DNA of 64,000 nt, taken from NCBI RefSeq assembly GCF_039654945.1, contig NW_027361754.1:65596001-65660000 (forward strand), in the 5' to 3' direction. Origin of the DNA: Dendrobates tinctorius. Taxonomy: Eukaryota. Under the pieces are notes generated by a model, which saw only the letters and a program-made list of their open reading frames with translations, was not told the origin of the DNA and did no database searches. A program made the position numbers and the translations under genes. Below are positions 1 to 12,701 of this stretch, in pieces; position 1 is the stretch's first letter, and the number at the start of each line of letters is the position of its first letter.

Positions 1-820
1 GGGGAGTTAAGGATCCAGCATGCTGATTCTTTTGTTCTCCCAGAGATAAGCTGCTGCCAGAGAAGTTTGGCAGCGACTCTCTCATAGAGAACATAGGGGC
101 CCTCAGCAGAGCAGTGGACGAGATAGCTGCCGGAAAAACGATCGGCCGAACCATCATTTGGTCAACAGCCAAATAAGATATATTGGGAGGCTTTAGAGTA
201 TTTTATTGACCATGCGAGTTCTGCTTGCCCCGTCCACACTGGATGAGCTTTCCGTTTAGGAAACCAAAAATATTGTGCAATCTAATGATTCCTTATGTTG
301 TAGGGGAAAAGTAACAGGTCACATCGGATTATTGCAAGCATATGACTTAATATTGGAGTACATAGCCAGCTACAGCAAACCTCAGCCAGAAATACTGAAT
401 GGTATGTCTCTAACTATTATCTACTAGACGTGCACTGTGGAAATTAACAAACAGAACCTAGGATAAAAGCAGTGAGCAAATACCCTGCAGTAACTGAATA
501 AAGTCCTGCTTTGCCCCCGTCTATTTTGAGACCTGCTGGCACATATGATGTGAGATATTAGAGTTAGGGAACATCCCCATCGGGTACACCTTGACGAGGT
601 GAAATGGCTTTTACGCTCTTTTGAGCAAAAGAGTGTCATCTACATACCCTATGTTAGTTACATGTATTATTACTATTTATTTACTTACTGCAGGGGATTT
701 CCTTGTTTTTATTCTAGGTTTTGTTACTATCTACTTTAGCTATAAAATGGGGATGTAGTAAACAAATGGAACCTGTGCTGATCTTAGCCCTGGTGATGTA
801 ACACGGGAGACGCTCAGTAC

Positions 821-2341
821 CTTGTTCAGAGTTTCCTTGGTGCGTCTCATGGTTTCGCGCTGCTGATAAAGTTCTTCTTCTAGTGTCCGATGAATTTGTT
901 CCAGTTCATCCTGGAACAATGTATATAAATGTGATATACATTTAAAGGGGTTTTCTAGGATTGGTTTATTAGGTCATCAATATCAGGTTGACAAACTGAA
1001 CCCCCACCGATCAGGTTTTCTCAGATGTTAGCAATTTTGGAGCGAACAGAGCAGCACCGTCAACTGTGTAGTAGCCGCTGCCAGGTACTGCAGATCTACT
1101 TTGTTTCATTCAAATAGGGACGGAATTGCAGCACCCTGTAGTGGCTACTACACAGCGGTAAATATCTGGCCGCCACCAGCACCAAGAACAATTTTTGGAA
1201 TTTTTTTGCTGGGTGTGAGACTTCCCATGTGGATAGGTCATCAATATAAAGGTAGCGGAGAAACCCTTTAAATTGGACAAAAACAGAAATTGCAATAATC
1301 TGGAAATTTCTAGAATTGCAATCATGTAGCAGTTGATATGAATCCTAACGGTCTGGTACATTTATTTCTGTATATGGCATTTTGTAGCACCTGTCGTTTT
1401 TGATCACTCAAGTGCTCCGAGCGAGAGTCCATCTTGTGTTCCAGAAGCTCAAGTTTCTCCAGTAGTGTGGCCCTCTCCACCAGCAGATAGGCGATCTGCT
1501 CACTGGGACTGCTGTGGGAAATCTCATTCAGACCTTCTTGGTCCAGCATCTCTTCCACTTCCTTTAGCTGGGAGTCTAAAATGACAGAAAGCACTAAGAA
1601 CCCAGCTATCACGTGTATACTTACAACCTTCCCTGGTCATTGCAAGCTATGGCCCCGTCAGATATGGAACCTGTGGACGCACTGCAGAAATGCAGTGAAC
1701 AGAGTCTTAGTGCTTCTAGTACTTTATTGTGCAATAACCTTTGCCTTTTAATATTGTGGCTGTAGAATGTCTGGAGATATGGAGCCAACATGTCACCCCA
1801 GTCTTACCTTGTAGGATCTGCAGCTTCTCTAGTTCAATCCTGAGTTGTATATTTTCCTTTTCAAAATCTGTGGTGAGCGCCTCTCTCTCTTCGGTGAGGT
1901 TGCGGATGTGAGCCACGTAGTTCTCCACCTGGTCAACAAGGTGCAAACACATCATCTCAGTATGTGATTCTGCTGCAAAATCTTATATATGGTCATGGAG
2001 ACGTACACAAAGAAGAAGGGGCCCGACAGCAAAAATCAGAGTTTGCCAGCCAGGAGAAGGTCATCAATAGACCTGGACAATCCCTTCAAGTCAGAATTTC
2101 ATTCACTTCCATGCGCCATACTGTTCACAGGTTAGAAGGCCCCGACCACAGCTCTCACCTCCTTCATCTCTTCGGCCTGCTGTAGCTTCAGCTCCTCCAG
2201 ACTGTTAGTGGAGGCCTGTAACCTGCTCTCCGCTATCTGATACAGATCCCACAGGAAACATAAGTATTCTTCTGTAGAGGTGCCAGGGTTGAAGCCCTTC
2301 TCCTTTAATTTATCAACTATGTCCTCAGACTGAACTTGCAG
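821..2341 (-). CDS. CCDC30: Coiled-coil protein, probably CCDC30; four internal coding exons (2341-2159, 1928-1808, 1575-1391, 910-821); gene continues beyond the left edge and the start exon is unresolved
   Basis: All four exons have AG/GT boundaries and compatible phases (183, 121, 185, 90 nt). They splice into one open E/L/Q/K-rich frame: LQVQSEDIVDKLKEKG...EEMKE/VENYVAHIRNLTEERE.../DSQLKEVEEMLDQEG.../DELEQIHRTLEEELYQQRE. The gene name rests mainly on position and orientation downstream of PPCS, as in human 1p34. Confidence 0.65.
946..1267. mobile_element. T2/Kolobok-type MITE
   Basis: TTAA|AGGGGTTTTC...GAAACCCT|TTAA, with internal inverted segments (ggtcatcaatat twice; tgtagtagcc/ggctactaca). 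Confidence 0.65.
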
Positions 2342-2772
2342 CTAAAATATAGAAAATGGTGGTGAGTAATGTACACACATAGCAATGTATAAAAACATTC
2401 TGAAATGAGAAGACGATCCTCAGATTGTGTCATAGAGACGTCATTACAGAGCCAGCCATAGAGGACCCCATTACATAGAGACTCTATATACAGAGCCAGC
2501 CATAGAGGACCCCATTACATAGAGACTCTATATACAGAGCCAGCCTGAGAGACCCACAGAGCCAGCTATAGAGACCCCATTACAGAGAGACCCTATATAC
2601 AGAGCCAGCCAGAGAGGAATTCATTACAGAACCAGCTATAGAGAACCCATTACACAGCCAGCCATAGAGACCCCATTACACAGCCAGCCATAGAGACCCC
2701 ATTAAAGAGCCAGCTATAGAAAACCCCATTACAGAGCCAGCCATAGAGGACACCATTACATAGAGACCCTAT

Positions 2773-3615
2773 TGTTACACCCGGTCCCCGTCCTGGTGCT
2801 GCGCCCAGGTCTGCCGCTGTTACACCTGGCCCCCATCCTGGCGCTACGTCCAGGCCTGCCGCTGCTCTCCGTTCTGGGCACTCACCTCGAGCCTCTCAAG
2901 CTGCTGCTCAGCATTCTGTCCTCCCTCCTGCCTCCTCCTCCTGGTGCCCTGTGAGTAGATCTGTAGCTAAGACTATTAGGGCCCGCCCGCCCGCTCTCTT
3001 GCCTTCTTAAAGGGGCGGCGTGCATTATTCAAAAAATGCAATCAAACAATGGCAGCTCACTGGCGGCTATTTCTGGCCTCTCCTCCATAGGGAGAGCGCC
3101 AGAGCAACGAGTATCTATCATTGTTGCATCCGGTTCTCATGCTAACATGTCTGCACTGCATCTGCAGTCTCTGTGCATTGTCTAATGCTCTCTGTTTCCA
3201 CAGCATATCAGTATCCTGTGTTACCTGGTTATATCAGCAACTATCTGGGCCTAAGCCATCCCGTTCCGCCTACAGCCATCCGAGTCCAAGGACTGTGTGA
3301 AGGTCACTGGAACCGACTCCTTACCAACTAACCAGATCCAGGACCCAGCGCGTTACGGACTCTGCTGTAACTTTAGTTATCCCTTTTAGTCCCGCTGGGA
3401 CAGCTGCCACGTGTTCGGGGTCTAACTGGAGGTAGCACCTGTGTCCTCCGGGTATTCCATTCTGGCCCTTTCTTTTTGTGGCTTTACTATGGGTACCCGG
3501 GGCTCACTAGTCATGCCCCCTCCGGAGCCCCCCGGACCGTGGTCTCGAGGTTCCACTTAAAAAATAAAAACGAATGTGAACTTCACCATCTCTGCCTCCG
3601 CTACCATTCGTTACA
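2773..3615. mobile_element. Solo LTR (Gypsy-like)
   Basis: TGTTAC...GTTACA termini, 5-bp target duplication CCTAT (2768-2772 and 3616-3620), AATAAA near 3563, no coding core. Confidence 0.8.
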
Positions 3616-3747
3616 CCTATATACAGAGCCAGCCTGAGAGACCCACAGAGCCAGCTATAGAGACCCCACTGCAGAGCCAGACATAGAGACCCTATATACA
3701 GAGCCAGCCAGAGAGGAACTCATTATCGAACCAGTTATAGAGAACCC

Positions 3748-4706
3748 TGCTACGGGGCTGGCGGAACGCACCAAATAATAAAGATGAAATAATATATAAG
3801 GTGTGTTCGCAGCCCAGGGCCCACCGTGCAGAGGTGACCAACTGCTGCTAAACAATGAGGGAAAGGCATGTAGGAGTAAAGCCGGACACCGGTGCGCAAC
3901 CACTGAGCCGGTGCTAACAGACACGTGCGCTGTTACTTCACGTAACACGTGCCTGCCGGCGAACAACCGCAACCTGTTAACATCACAGGTCACGGGGTGT
4001 GAACCACTGCTGCAACATGTGCAGTATCTGCCCTGACTGACGCCACTAACCAACCTAATAACCGGGCTGGAAAGCGCTACTAAAGCACACGGCGTAAATA
4101 GCAGACGCTGCGATAGCAGTGGCCAAGGAGGCCTATACTGATCGACGCCCCAGGCGCTAGCGGTGGATGTGGAGCAACACTGTGGCGCTATGCAGTGTGG
4201 AGCTAATGTACTGACTCTAATCCCTCACCCTAACACATACGTAATATCCAAGGAGGGGGGGATTATAATGCGTCAGTCACCAGGCTCATTCATCCATCAC
4301 ACATACACTAAATGCATTAGCCTCAGAGTCTATCGTAGCGCATGGCGGAGCGGCCATGCGTGCCTTTTATAGCCGTGCCCTTCCGGGACCTTCCTGATCC
4401 TCCAGATGGACCAATCGGAACTGGAGAAGGACCTGAGTATGTGACTCCTGGGAGATCGTCTCCTGAACATGCTCAGTGGAGCAAAGGGAGAACTTAGAGT
4501 CTGGAGTCTTTTGCTGCTGGACAGGCTGTATTGCCATAACTGGACCAGAGGTGGCAGCAGCAACCGAACCCATGATGCTGGTGTGGGCAGAACACTGGGA
4601 TTGTGGAGTCTGCTGAGAAGGCTCCACTGCGGCCGGAGAGGAATGGGAGACTGCAGATGGCAAGGCTCTGGATTCCCGCTGTGCAGTGCCCCGAACCTGA
4701 CGCCTA
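3748..4706. mobile_element. Probable LTR-type fragment inserted in the minisatellite
   Basis: Non-repetitive block starting TGCTACGGGG that interrupts the array. No matching TSD or second terminus found. Confidence 0.35.
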
Positions 4707-5080
4707 ACAGAGCCAGCCATACAGACTCCATTAAAGCGCCAGTCATAGAGACACGATTAAAAAGCCAGCCATAGAAAACCCCATTACAGAGCCAGCCATG
4801 GAAGGGCCTTTATACAGAACCAACCATAGAGGGTCCCCATTCCAGAGCTAGTCATAGAAGGTCTCCCATTACAGAGCAAGCAATAGAGGACCCTATTACA
4901 GAGCCAGCCATAGAAGACCCTATAACAGAGCCAGCCACAGAAGACCCTATAACAGAGCCAGCCACAGAGGACCGTATTACTGAGCCAGCGATAGAGGACA
5001 CCAATACAGAGCTAGTCATTAGAGGGTCCCCATTACAGAGCAAGTGATAGAGGATCCAATTACAGAGCCGGCCACATATA

Positions 5081-5437
5081 CACACGTGGTCAAAATTGTT
5101 GGTACCCCTCGTTTAATGACAGAAAAACCCAAAATAGTGACAGAAATAACTTAAATCTGACAAAAGTAATAATAAATCAAAAATCTATGATAATGAACAA
5201 ATGAAAGTTGGATGTTACTTTTCAGCCATGCTTCCACAGAATTAAAAAAAAAAAAAAATAAAACTCATGAAATAGGTCTGGACAGAAATGATGGTACCTC
5301 TAATTTAATATTGCCTTGCACAACCTTTTGAGGCAATCACTGCAATCAAACGATTCCTGTAGCTGTCAATGAGACTTGTGCACCTCTCGACAGGTATTTT
5401 GGCCCACTCCTCAAGAGCAATATTTTGACCACGTGTG
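5081..5437. mobile_element. Internally deleted Tc1/mariner element
   Basis: TA|CACACGTGGTCAAAAT...ATTTTGACCACGTGTG|TA: 16-bp perfect TIR with TA duplication. Confidence 0.85.
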
Positions 5438-8400
5438 TACAGTGTCAGCCAGAGACTACATATACAGACTCAGCCACAGAGGGCCTATATACAGTGTCAG
5501 CTATAGAGACCCCATATACAGTGTCAGCTATAGAGACCCATACACAGCGTCAGCTATAGATGCCCCATATACAGTGTTAGCTATAGAGACCACATATACA
5601 GTGTCAGCCATAGAGACTACATATACAGTGTCAGCCAGAGACTACATATACAGACTCAGCCACAGAGGGCCTATATACAGTGTCAGCTATAGAGACCCCA
5701 TATACAGTGTCAGCTATAGAGACCCATACACAGCGTCAGCTATAGATGCCCCATATACAGTGTTAGCTATAGAGACCACATATACAGTGTCAGCCATAGA
5801 GACTACATATACAGTGTCAGCCATAGAGGCCCCACATACCGTATCAGCTATAGAGACACCATATACAGTGTCAGCTATAGAGACAACATATACAGTGTCA
5901 ACTATAGAGACCACATATACAGTGTCAGCTATAGAGACCCCATATACAGTGTCAGCCATAGAGGCCTCATATACCGTATCAACTATAGAGACAACATATA
6001 CAGTGTCAGCCATAGAGACCCCATATACAGTGTCAGCTATAGAGACCCCATATACAGTGTCAGCCATAGAGGCCTCATATACCGTATCAACTATAGAGAC
6101 TCCATATACAGTGTCAGCCATAGAGACTCCATATACAGTGTCAGTTATAGAGACTCCATATACAGTGTCAGCTATAGAGACTCCATATACAGTGTCAGCT
6201 ATAGAGACTCCATATAGTGTCAGCTATAGAGACCCCATATACAGTGTCAGCTATAGAGACCCCATACACAGTGTCAGCTATAGAGACTCCATATACAGTG
6301 TCAGCTATAGAGACTCCATATACAGTGTCAGCTATAGAGGCCCCATATACAGTGTCAGTTATAGAGACCCCATATACAGTGTCAGCTATAGAAACTCCAT
6401 ATACAGTGTCAGTTATAGAGACTCCATATACAGTGTCAGCTATAGACTCCATATACAGTCTCAGCTATAGAGACCCCACATACAGTGTCAGCTATAGAGA
6501 CTCCATATACAGTGTCAGCTATAGAGACTCCATATACGGTGTCAGCCATAGAGACTCCATATACAGTGTCAGTTATAGAGACTCCATATACAGTGTCAGC
6601 TATAGAGACCCCATATACAGTGTCAGCTATAGAGACCCCATATACAGTGTCAGCTATAGAGACCACATATACAGTGTCAGCTATAGAGATTCCATATACA
6701 GTGTCAGCTATAGAGACCACATATACAGTGTCAGCTATAGAGACCCCATATACAGTGTCAGCTATAGAGACCCCATATACAGTGTCAGCTATAGAGACCC
6801 CATATACAGTGTCAGCTATAGAGGCCCCATATACAGTGTCAGCTATAGAGACCCCATACACAGTGTCAGTTATAGAGGCCCCATATACAGTGTCAGCCAT
6901 AGAGACCCCATATACAGTGTCAGCTATAGAGACCCCATATACAGTGTCAGCTATAGAGACCCCATATACAGTGTCAGCTATAGAGACCCCATATACAGTG
7001 TCAGCCATAGAGACCACATATACAGTGTCAGCTATAGTGACCCCATATACAGTGTCAGCTATAGATACCCCATATACAGTGTCAGCTATAGAGACCCCAT
7101 ATACAGTGTCAGCTATAGAGACCCCATATACAGTGTCAGCTATAGAGACCCCATATACAGTGTCAGCTATAGAGACCCCATATACAGTGTCAGCCATAGA
7201 GACCACATATACAGTGTCAGCTATAGTGACCCCATATACAGTGTCAGCTATAGATACCCCATATACAGTGTCAGCTATAGAGACCCCATATACAGTGTCA
7301 GCTATAGAGACCCCATATACAGTGTCAGCTATAGAGACCCCATATACAGTGTCAGCCATAGAGACCACATATACAGTGTCAGCTATAGTGACCCCATATA
7401 CAGTGTCAGCTATAGATACCCCATATACAGTGTCAGCTATAGAGACCCCATATACAGTGTCAGCTATAGAGACCCCATATACAGTGTCAGCTATAGAGAC
7501 CCCATATACAGTGTCAGCCATAGAGACCCCATATACAGTGTCAGCTATAGAGACCTCATATACAGTGTCAGCTATAGAGACCCCATATACAGTGTCAGCT
7601 TTAGAGACTCCATATACAGCGTCAGCTATAGAGACCCCATATACAGTGTCAGCTATAGAGACTCCATATACAGTGTCAGCTATAGAGACTCCATATACAG
7701 TGTCAGCCATAGAGACTCCATATACAGTGTCAGTTATAGAGACTCTATATACAGTGTCAGCTATAGAGACCCCATATACAGTGTCAGCTATAGAGACCCC
7801 ATATACAGTGTCAGCTATAGAGGCCCCATATACAGTGTCAGCTATAGAGACCCCATATACAGTGTCAGCTATAGAGACCCCATATACAGTGTCAGCTATA
7901 GAGACTCCATATACAGTGTCAGCTATAGAGACCCCATATACAGTGTCAGCTATAGAGACTCCATATACAGTGTCAGCTATAGAGGCCCCATATACAGTGT
8001 CAGCTATAGAGGCCCCATATACAGTGTCAGCCATAGAGACTCCATATAGTGTCAGCTATAGAGACCCCATATACAGTGCCAGCTATAGAGACCCCATATA
8101 CAGTGTCAGCTATAGAGACTCCATATACAGTATCAGCCATAGAGACCCCATATACAGTGTCAGCTATAGAGGCCCCATATACAGTGTCAGCCATAGAGGC
8201 CCCATATACAGTGTCAGCTATAGAGACTCCATATACAGTGTCAGCTATAGAGGCCCCATATACAGTGTCAGCTATAGAGGCCCCATATACAGTGTCAGCC
8301 ATAGAGACTCCATATAGTGTCAGCTATAGAGACCCCATATACAGTGCCAGCTATAGAGACCCCATATACAGTGTCAGCTATAGAGGCCCCATATACAGTG

Positions 8401-10938
8401 TCAGCCATAGAGACCCCATATACAGTGTCAGCTATAGAGACTCCATATACAGTATCAGCTATAGAGACCCCATATACAGTGTCAGCTATAGAGGCCCCAT
8501 ATACAGTGTCAGCTATATAGACCCCATATACAGTGTCAGCTATAGAGGCCCCATATACAGTGTCAGCTATAGAGACCCCATATACAGTGTCAGCTATAGA
8601 GGCCCCATATACAGTGTCAGCCATAGAGACCCCATATACAGTGTCAGCTATAGAGACCCCATATACAGTGTCAGCTATAGAGACTCCATATACAGTGTCA
8701 GCTATAGAGGCCCCATATACAGTGTCAGCCATAGAGACTCCATATAGTGTCAGCTATAGAGGCCCCATATACAGTGTCAGCTATAGAGACCCTATATACA
8801 GTGTCAGCTATAGAGGCCCCATATACAGTGTCAGCTATAGAGACCCCATATACAGTGTCAGCTATAGAGGCCCCATATACAGTGTCAGCCATAGAGACCC
8901 CATATACAGTGTCAGCTATAGAGACCCCATATACAGTGTCAGCTATAGAGACCCCATATACAGTGTCAGCTATAGAGACTCCATATACAGTGTCAGCTAT
9001 AGAGACTCCATATACAGTGTCAGCTATAGAGGCCCCATATACAGTGTCAGCTATAGAGGCCCCATATACAGTGTCAGCTATAGAGACCCCATATACAGTG
9101 TCAGCTATAGAGGCCCCATATACAGTGTCAGCCATAGAGACCCCATATACAGTGTCAGCTATAGAGACCCCATATACAGTGTCAGCTATAGAGACCCCAT
9201 ATACAGTGTCAGCTATAGAGACCCCATATACAGTGTCAGCTATAGAGACTCCATATACAGTGTCAGCTATAGAGGCCCCATATACAGTGTCAGCTATAGA
9301 GACCCCATATACAGTGTCAGCTATAGAGGCCCCATATACAGTGTCAGCTATAGAGACCCCATATACAGTGTCAGCTATAGAGACTCCATATACAGTGTCA
9401 GCTATAGAGGCCCCATATACAGTGTCAGCTATAGAGACCCCATATACAGTGTCAGCTATAGAGGCCCCATATACAGTGTCAGCTATAGAGACCCCATATA
9501 CAGTGTCAGCTATAGAGACTCCATATACAGTGTCAGCTATAGAGGCCCCATATACAGTGTCAGCCATAGAGACCCCATATACAGTGTCAGCTATAGAGAC
9601 CCCATATACAGTGTCAGCTATAGAGGCCCCATATACAGTGTCAGCTATAGAGTCCACATATACAGTGTCAGCTATAGAGACCCCATATACAGTGTCAGCT
9701 ATAGAGGCCCCATATACAGTGTCAGCTATAGAGACCCCATATACAGTGTCAGCTATAGAGACTCCATATACAGTGTCAGCTATAGAGGCCCCATATACAG
9801 TGTCAGCCATAGAGACTCTATATACAGTGTCAGCTATAGAGACCCCATATACAGTGTCAGCTATAGAGACCCCATATACAGTGTCAGCTATAGAGGCCCC
9901 ATATACAGTGTCAGCTATAGAGACCACATATACAGTGTCAGCTATAGAGACCCCATATACAGTGTCAGCTAGAGACCCCATATACAGTGTCAGCTATAGA
10001 GACCACATATACAGTGTCAGCTATAGAGACCCCATATACAGTGTCAGCTATAGAGGCCCCATATACAGTGTCAGCTATAGAGACCCCATATACAGTGTCA
10101 GCTATAGAGGCCCCATATACAGTGTCAGCTATAGAGGCCCCATATACAGTGTCAGCCATAGAGACCCCATATACAGTGTCAGCTATAGAGACCCCATATA
10201 CAGTGTCAGCTATAGAGGCCCCATATACAGTGTCAGCTATAGAGACCCCATATACAGTGTCAGCTAGAGACCCCATATACAGTGTCAGCTATAGAGACTC
10301 CATATAGTGTCAGCTATAGAGACTCCATATACAGTGTCAGCTATAGAGACCCCATATACAGTGTCAGCTATAGAGACTCCATATACAGTGTCAGCTATAG
10401 AGGCCCCATATACAGTGTCAGCTATAGAGGCCCCATATACAGTGTCAGCTATAGAGACCCCATATACAGTGTCAGCTATAGAGACCCCATATACAGTGTC
10501 AGCTATAGAGGCCCCATATACAGTGTCAGCTATAGAGGCCCCATATACAGTGTCAGCCATAGAGACCCCATATACAGTGTCAGCTATAGAGACCCCATAT
10601 ACAGTGTCAGCTATAGAGGCCCCATATACAGTGTCAGCTATAGAGGCCCCATATACAGTGTCAGCCATAGAGACCCCATATACAGTGTCAGCTATAGAGA
10701 CCCCATATACAGTGTCAGCTATAGAGGCCCCATATACAGTGTCAGCTATAGAGACCCCATATACAGTGTCAGCTATAGAGGCCCCATATACAGTGTCAGC
10801 TATAGAGACCCCATATACAGTGTCAGCTAGAGACCCCATATACAGTGTCAGCTATAGAGACTCCATATACAGTGTCAGCTATAGAGACCCCATATACAGT
10901 GTCAGCTATAGAGACCACATATACAGTGTCAGCCATAG
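5438..10938. repeat. 27-bp minisatellite (ATACAGTGTCAGCTATAGAGACCCCAT), about 200 copies
   Basis: Direct tandem repetition; it produces the periodic ETPYTVSAI / YSVSYRDPI pseudo-ORFs. Confidence 0.98.
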
Positions 10939-11929
10939 CGTGTTTTTTCAGGACACCACAGTTATCATTCACCAGTATACGTCTTTTGCTTAATATTGCA
11001 CATTAAATCAATATCTACCCCTTTTGTGCTGCAGCATTTCATGTAGATGCAGTAGTGCCGCTGCCCCCCGTCACCATCCCTACCACATGATGACAATGTG
11101 TGCCACCCTACACATGACGGGACGGATACTCCGATGTGTTCTCCATTTAGCTCTGAAGTAGGATCAGCACGGCTAATATCAATATAAATGGGGCTGGGAT
11201 GTCACTTCCAGGAGACGCCATTTGTTCCCTTCCCTTGTGACCCAGTAGGGGGCGGTATGGAAATGAGAGGAAGGTATCCGAGTCTGCGGGGTGGTGGGGG
11301 ATCTGCACAGGCTTCTGTTCTCTGCACAGCCGGGAGGCCAGAGCGCTGCTCTGAAGGAAGAACGTACAAGGGTGGTACACCAGTGCTGTAATTCTCAGGA
11401 TCAGTAACCCCAGTGATCTGCCATTACTTTATATGAAGGGTATACCCCTTTTAATAAATGCCGCTGTATCCCATCCATAAGACCTTCTGTCCACCACGTC
11501 CCCTAGAACAACCCTGTAATGTAAACTGCGCGCCGGCTGCAATATAAATCTCCTGCGCTTTTTCCATTACACTGGAACCTGCGGAGGAAACAGACTCCAT
11601 TCCCAATTTAGGAGATAACATTTACTCACAATCTGCACAAGTCCGAATCACCCCCCAAAACAATCGCGCCCCTATATAATCTACATCCCTACACATTACC
11701 TAGAAACTACATCTTCCAGCATACCTCCCTGCACCTGCTTGGATGGCCAATATTCCCATTCACTGACAGCAAACAGAGAAGTCTTAAAGGTGGGGAAGAA
11801 CTGAAATATAAAGTGTCGCAGAAAGGCACAAAACTCCTTATTACACATGAATCAAACATGGTGTCACTTCAAGGAAAAAAAAAAGGAAAACCACAAGATT
11901 TCCAAAGACCTTAGTGTTAGTAAAACTTC

Positions 11930-12002
11930 TGCCGAAACCCGGGATCGAACCAGGGACCTTTAGATCTTCAGTCTAACGCTCTCCCAACTGAGCTATTTCG
12001 GC
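11930..12002 (-). tRNA. tRNA-Phe (GAA)
   Basis: Reverse complement GCCGAAATAGCTCAGTTGGGAGAGCGTTAGACTGAAGATCTAAAGGTCCCTGGTTCGATCCCGGGTTTCGGCA is the canonical 73-nt vertebrate cytosolic tRNA-Phe. TTTT Pol III terminator at 11925-11922. Confidence 0.98.
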
Positions 12003-12701
12003 CGGGTGAGGAAGTGCAATGGTTAATGCACAGGTCAATGCACTCAGCAACAACATGCTGGAACCGTGAATGCCACAGCCACTGCAGAACTTCTTATTCA
12101 TTACTGCGTTTGTGTGGCTTTTATTGTGTCGTTTTAGAGGTTTTCATTCCTTATTGTTCTTTTAACTTATGCCTTTTTAGTTTATTTTATACCTATTTAC
12201 TTTTCTTTGCTGTTGTTTTTTTATACTCGCCACTGTGGACATAATAGCCAAATGTTTGTGACTCATTCATCAATTGAGAATTATTTTTATTTTGAAATCA
12301 TTACATTTTTGCACAAATGTCCTCCAGCCAAACTCCCCCCCGGAGTGATTTTCTGTGTGTCTGTAATTAAAAAAAAATAAAAATGAGAGGAGCAAGGGAC
12401 TTTTTTGTGCTACAAAATACGAGAACAAAGTGAAAAGCAAAAAAATATAGATTTAAATAAACATAAAATAATAAAAATATAATATATCATACTATATAAT
12501 ATTAGTATATGATTCTGATTTGTATTATATGATTATATTATATTATTATAATATATTATTAATCTTTATTAGTTTCGTATTTTGTGCAAAATGCATGATC
12601 CACGTGCACCAATTTGAAAAATTTTTCGCAGAAAAATGTCAATGGATAACAAAAGATTAAAAAAAAAAAAAAAAAGAAAGAAAAGGTGACTTAAAAAAGT
12701 A

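Larger units (their letters stand above)
2442..5075. repeat. Degenerate ~26-bp minisatellite (CATTACAGAGCCAGCCATAGAGACCC) split into three blocks by insertions
   Basis: Units visible at about 2442-2772, 3616-3747 and 4707-5075. Confidence 0.8.

Noticed and set aside
5438-10938. CRISPR-like periodicity (also 51067-51697 and 55095-64000)
   Set aside because: Head-to-tail repeats without unique spacers; eukaryotic context and no cas genes.
5376-10993. Long ORFs of up to 610 aa on both strands
   Set aside because: Artefacts of a stop-poor 27-bp (9-codon) tandem unit; open in several frames at once and located in a presumed intron.
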